A stretch of DNA of 26,002 nt from a virus (taxonomy: Duplodnaviria; Caudoviricetes), in the IMG/VR virus record IMGVR_UViG_3300020045_002351, positions 1 to 26,002 of that record. One strand, 5' to 3'. The translations under genes were made by a program, and so were the position numbers. Every line of letters starts with the position of its first letter. The first letter of the stretch is position 1. This document shows, one piece after another, positions 24,839 to 26,002 of the stretch. Under the pieces are notes generated by a model, which had not been told where the DNA came from, searched no databases, and was given only the letters and a program-made list of their open reading frames with translations.

Positions 24839-24845
24839 CCCATGA
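24127..24845 (+). pseudogene. Overlapping alternative-frame (beta) subunit of the C5-MTase, split at the same site
   Basis: MSWLFSQAL...LTDA joins GEDLLMWF...LPTP...CPRFEEWIMDWPETW (motif IX-like) if one base is restored. Confidence 0.7.
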
Positions 24846-24933
24846 AAATCCTGATCCGCCGCGACGCCGTGGAGACGAAAAGGGATAACATGTGAACACC
24901 TTATGAAAGGAATGTGAACTGATTACCCTTCCC

Positions 24934-24960
24934 TTGTCCCGCCTTGTCCCCTATTGTCCC
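24934..24960 (+). repeat. Three TTGTCCC repeats at 10-bp spacing upstream of the replication gene
   Basis: TTGTCCC at 24934, 24944 and 24954. Confidence 0.85.
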
Positions 24961-24964
24961 ACCT

Positions 24965-25780
24965 ATGGCCAGCTATACAAAACTGTTCACCTCAATCGTC
25001 ACTTCGACCATCTGGAACGAAGATGACAAAACCCGCATCGTCTGGATCACAATGCTCGCCCTTGCCGATAAAAACGGGGAAGTCCAAGGGAGCGTTCCGG
25101 GGCTAGCGCGCGTCGCTGGCGTTTCCGTTGACGATTGCCGCGCTGCCGTCGCCAAGTTCCTTGCGCCTGACCCTGACTCCCGGACCAAGGACGACGAGGG
25201 GCGGAGAATCGAGGAAATCGACGGCGGCTGGCACCTGCTCAATCACCGGAAGTATCGGGAAATGGCCAGTAAGGACGAATCACGGGAAGCCGAGGCAAAG
25301 CGCAAGGCAAGGTATCGGGACAAGCTGAAACGTAACGAAAAGTCCGGGACTGTCCCGGACAAGTCCCACGAAGTCCCCAAAAGTCGGCACATAGCAGAAG
25401 CAGATGCAGACTCAGAAGCAAATACAGAAGAAGAAGCAAGCCAGCCCATTCCAAGGCAGCGGGCGGGCGGGATTTCCACAATGGATGGCATCAAAGCCAA
25501 GGTGAACACCTTGCGCGTAGAATGGGGGAAAATGCCGCACTTCTCAGCTTCCGAGAACTACACCTTGCAGGGTTGCGCTCACTCGCTGGAAGGGCTCGAC
25601 GAATCAAGCTGGAAGCTCATGCGCGACTTCCTCGCCTACGTCCCGAGAGGCGCGGAAAAGCTATACCAAGTCCGCTCCCGGGAAAAGTTCCTGCAAACCC
25701 CCGTCGATACGCTCACCGCCGCGACCGAGTGGAAGAAAACCCAAGGCGGCACCTCACAATCAACCGGAGGAAAATGGTAA
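24965..25780 (+). CDS. Phage replication initiator (replisome organiser)
   Basis: YTKLFTSIVTSTIW...VWITMLALADKNG.V.GS.PGLAR.AGV...PDPDSRT...EGRRIEEIDGGW.LLN..KYR, followed by a low-complexity linker containing repeats. Confidence 0.8.
   Translation: MASYTKLFTSIVTSTIWNEDDKTRIVWITMLALADKNGEVQGSVPGLARVAGVSVDDCRAAVAKFLAPDPDSRTKDDEGRRIEEIDGGWHLLNHRKYREMASKDESREAEAKRKARYRDKLKRNEKSGTVPDKSHEVPKSRHIAEADADSEANTEEEASQPIPRQRAGGISTMDGIKAKVNTLRVEWGKMPHFSASENYTLQGCAHSLEGLDESSWKLMRDFLAYVPRGAEKLYQVRSREKFLQTPVDTLTAATEWKKTQGGTSQSTGGKW
25341..25390 (+). repeat. Iteron-like GTCCC repeats; probable replication origin inside the initiator gene
   Basis: GTCCG, GTCCC, GTCCC, GTCCC and GTCGG at 25342, 25352, 25363, 25373 and 25383, followed by an A-rich tract. 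Confidence 0.65.
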
Positions 25781-26002
25781 TGAACGCTTGTTTGAATTGT
25801 AGCCACGGAGAAACCAAACAGGGGCTTTGCTGCCCGTCGTGCAATGCCGTCCTCAGCATCATGGTCATCATCAAAAAGCACTGGGAGCCGGGCGAGCTTT
25901 TCAAGCTGCGCGACACCTTGCGCGAGTCCGACGTTTCCGACGCTCACCAATCCGCCAAGAACCGAGGCGCGACCGTGATGGCGAAGCTGCTTTGGTTCAC
26001 CG
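25780..26002 (+). CDS. Partial gene with an N-terminal CxxC...CxxC motif, truncated by the window edge
   Basis: MNACLNCSHGETKQGLCCPSCNAVLSIM...; TAATG overlap with the initiator gene; open to the end of the window. Confidence 0.65.
   Translation, partial: MNACLNCSHGETKQGLCCPSCNAVLSIMVIIKKHWEPGELFKLRDTLRESDVSDAHQSAKNRGATVMAKLLWFT

Noticed and set aside
24842-24895. 17-codon ORF MKILIRRDAVETKRDNM
   Set aside because: Too short to support and not coupled to a downstream gene.
1-26002. Integrase, reverse transcriptase/DGR, CRISPR array, alternative genetic code or firm host assignment
   Set aside because: No such motifs or repeats are visible. Conserved genes translate intact in the standard code with all three stops in use. 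The host cannot be determined from this window alone.

Overview
This window is a fragment of a tailed dsDNA phage or prophage with a podovirus-like gene set. Almost everything is on the + strand, and genes are joined by ATGA/GTGA overlaps with few Shine-Dalgarno sites. Order: end of an ejection-protein gene, a 1222-aa internal virion protein with an HEXXH motif, small and large terminase, portal, scaffold, major capsid, head-completion genes and a lysis module. These are followed by a small non-coding unit (a tRNA-Thr-like gene with an 8-nt anticodon loop plus a CCA-ended tRNA mimic) and an early region (RHH regulator, HNH-like endonuclease, adenine/N4 MTase, ERF and YqaJ recombination proteins, RuvC-like resolvase, a dual-frame C5-MTase locus, replication initiator with iterons). 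The most striking feature is a run of three integron attC-like sites at 19840-20965. They share the same geometry, and their core boxes pair between neighbouring sites as in recombined gene cassettes. They lie antisense to the genes they separate, supply those genes' stop codons (and probably one start codon), and no integrase is visible in the window. This suggests a phage cassette system for shuffling early genes. All product calls come from motif recognition by eye; no database searches were run.
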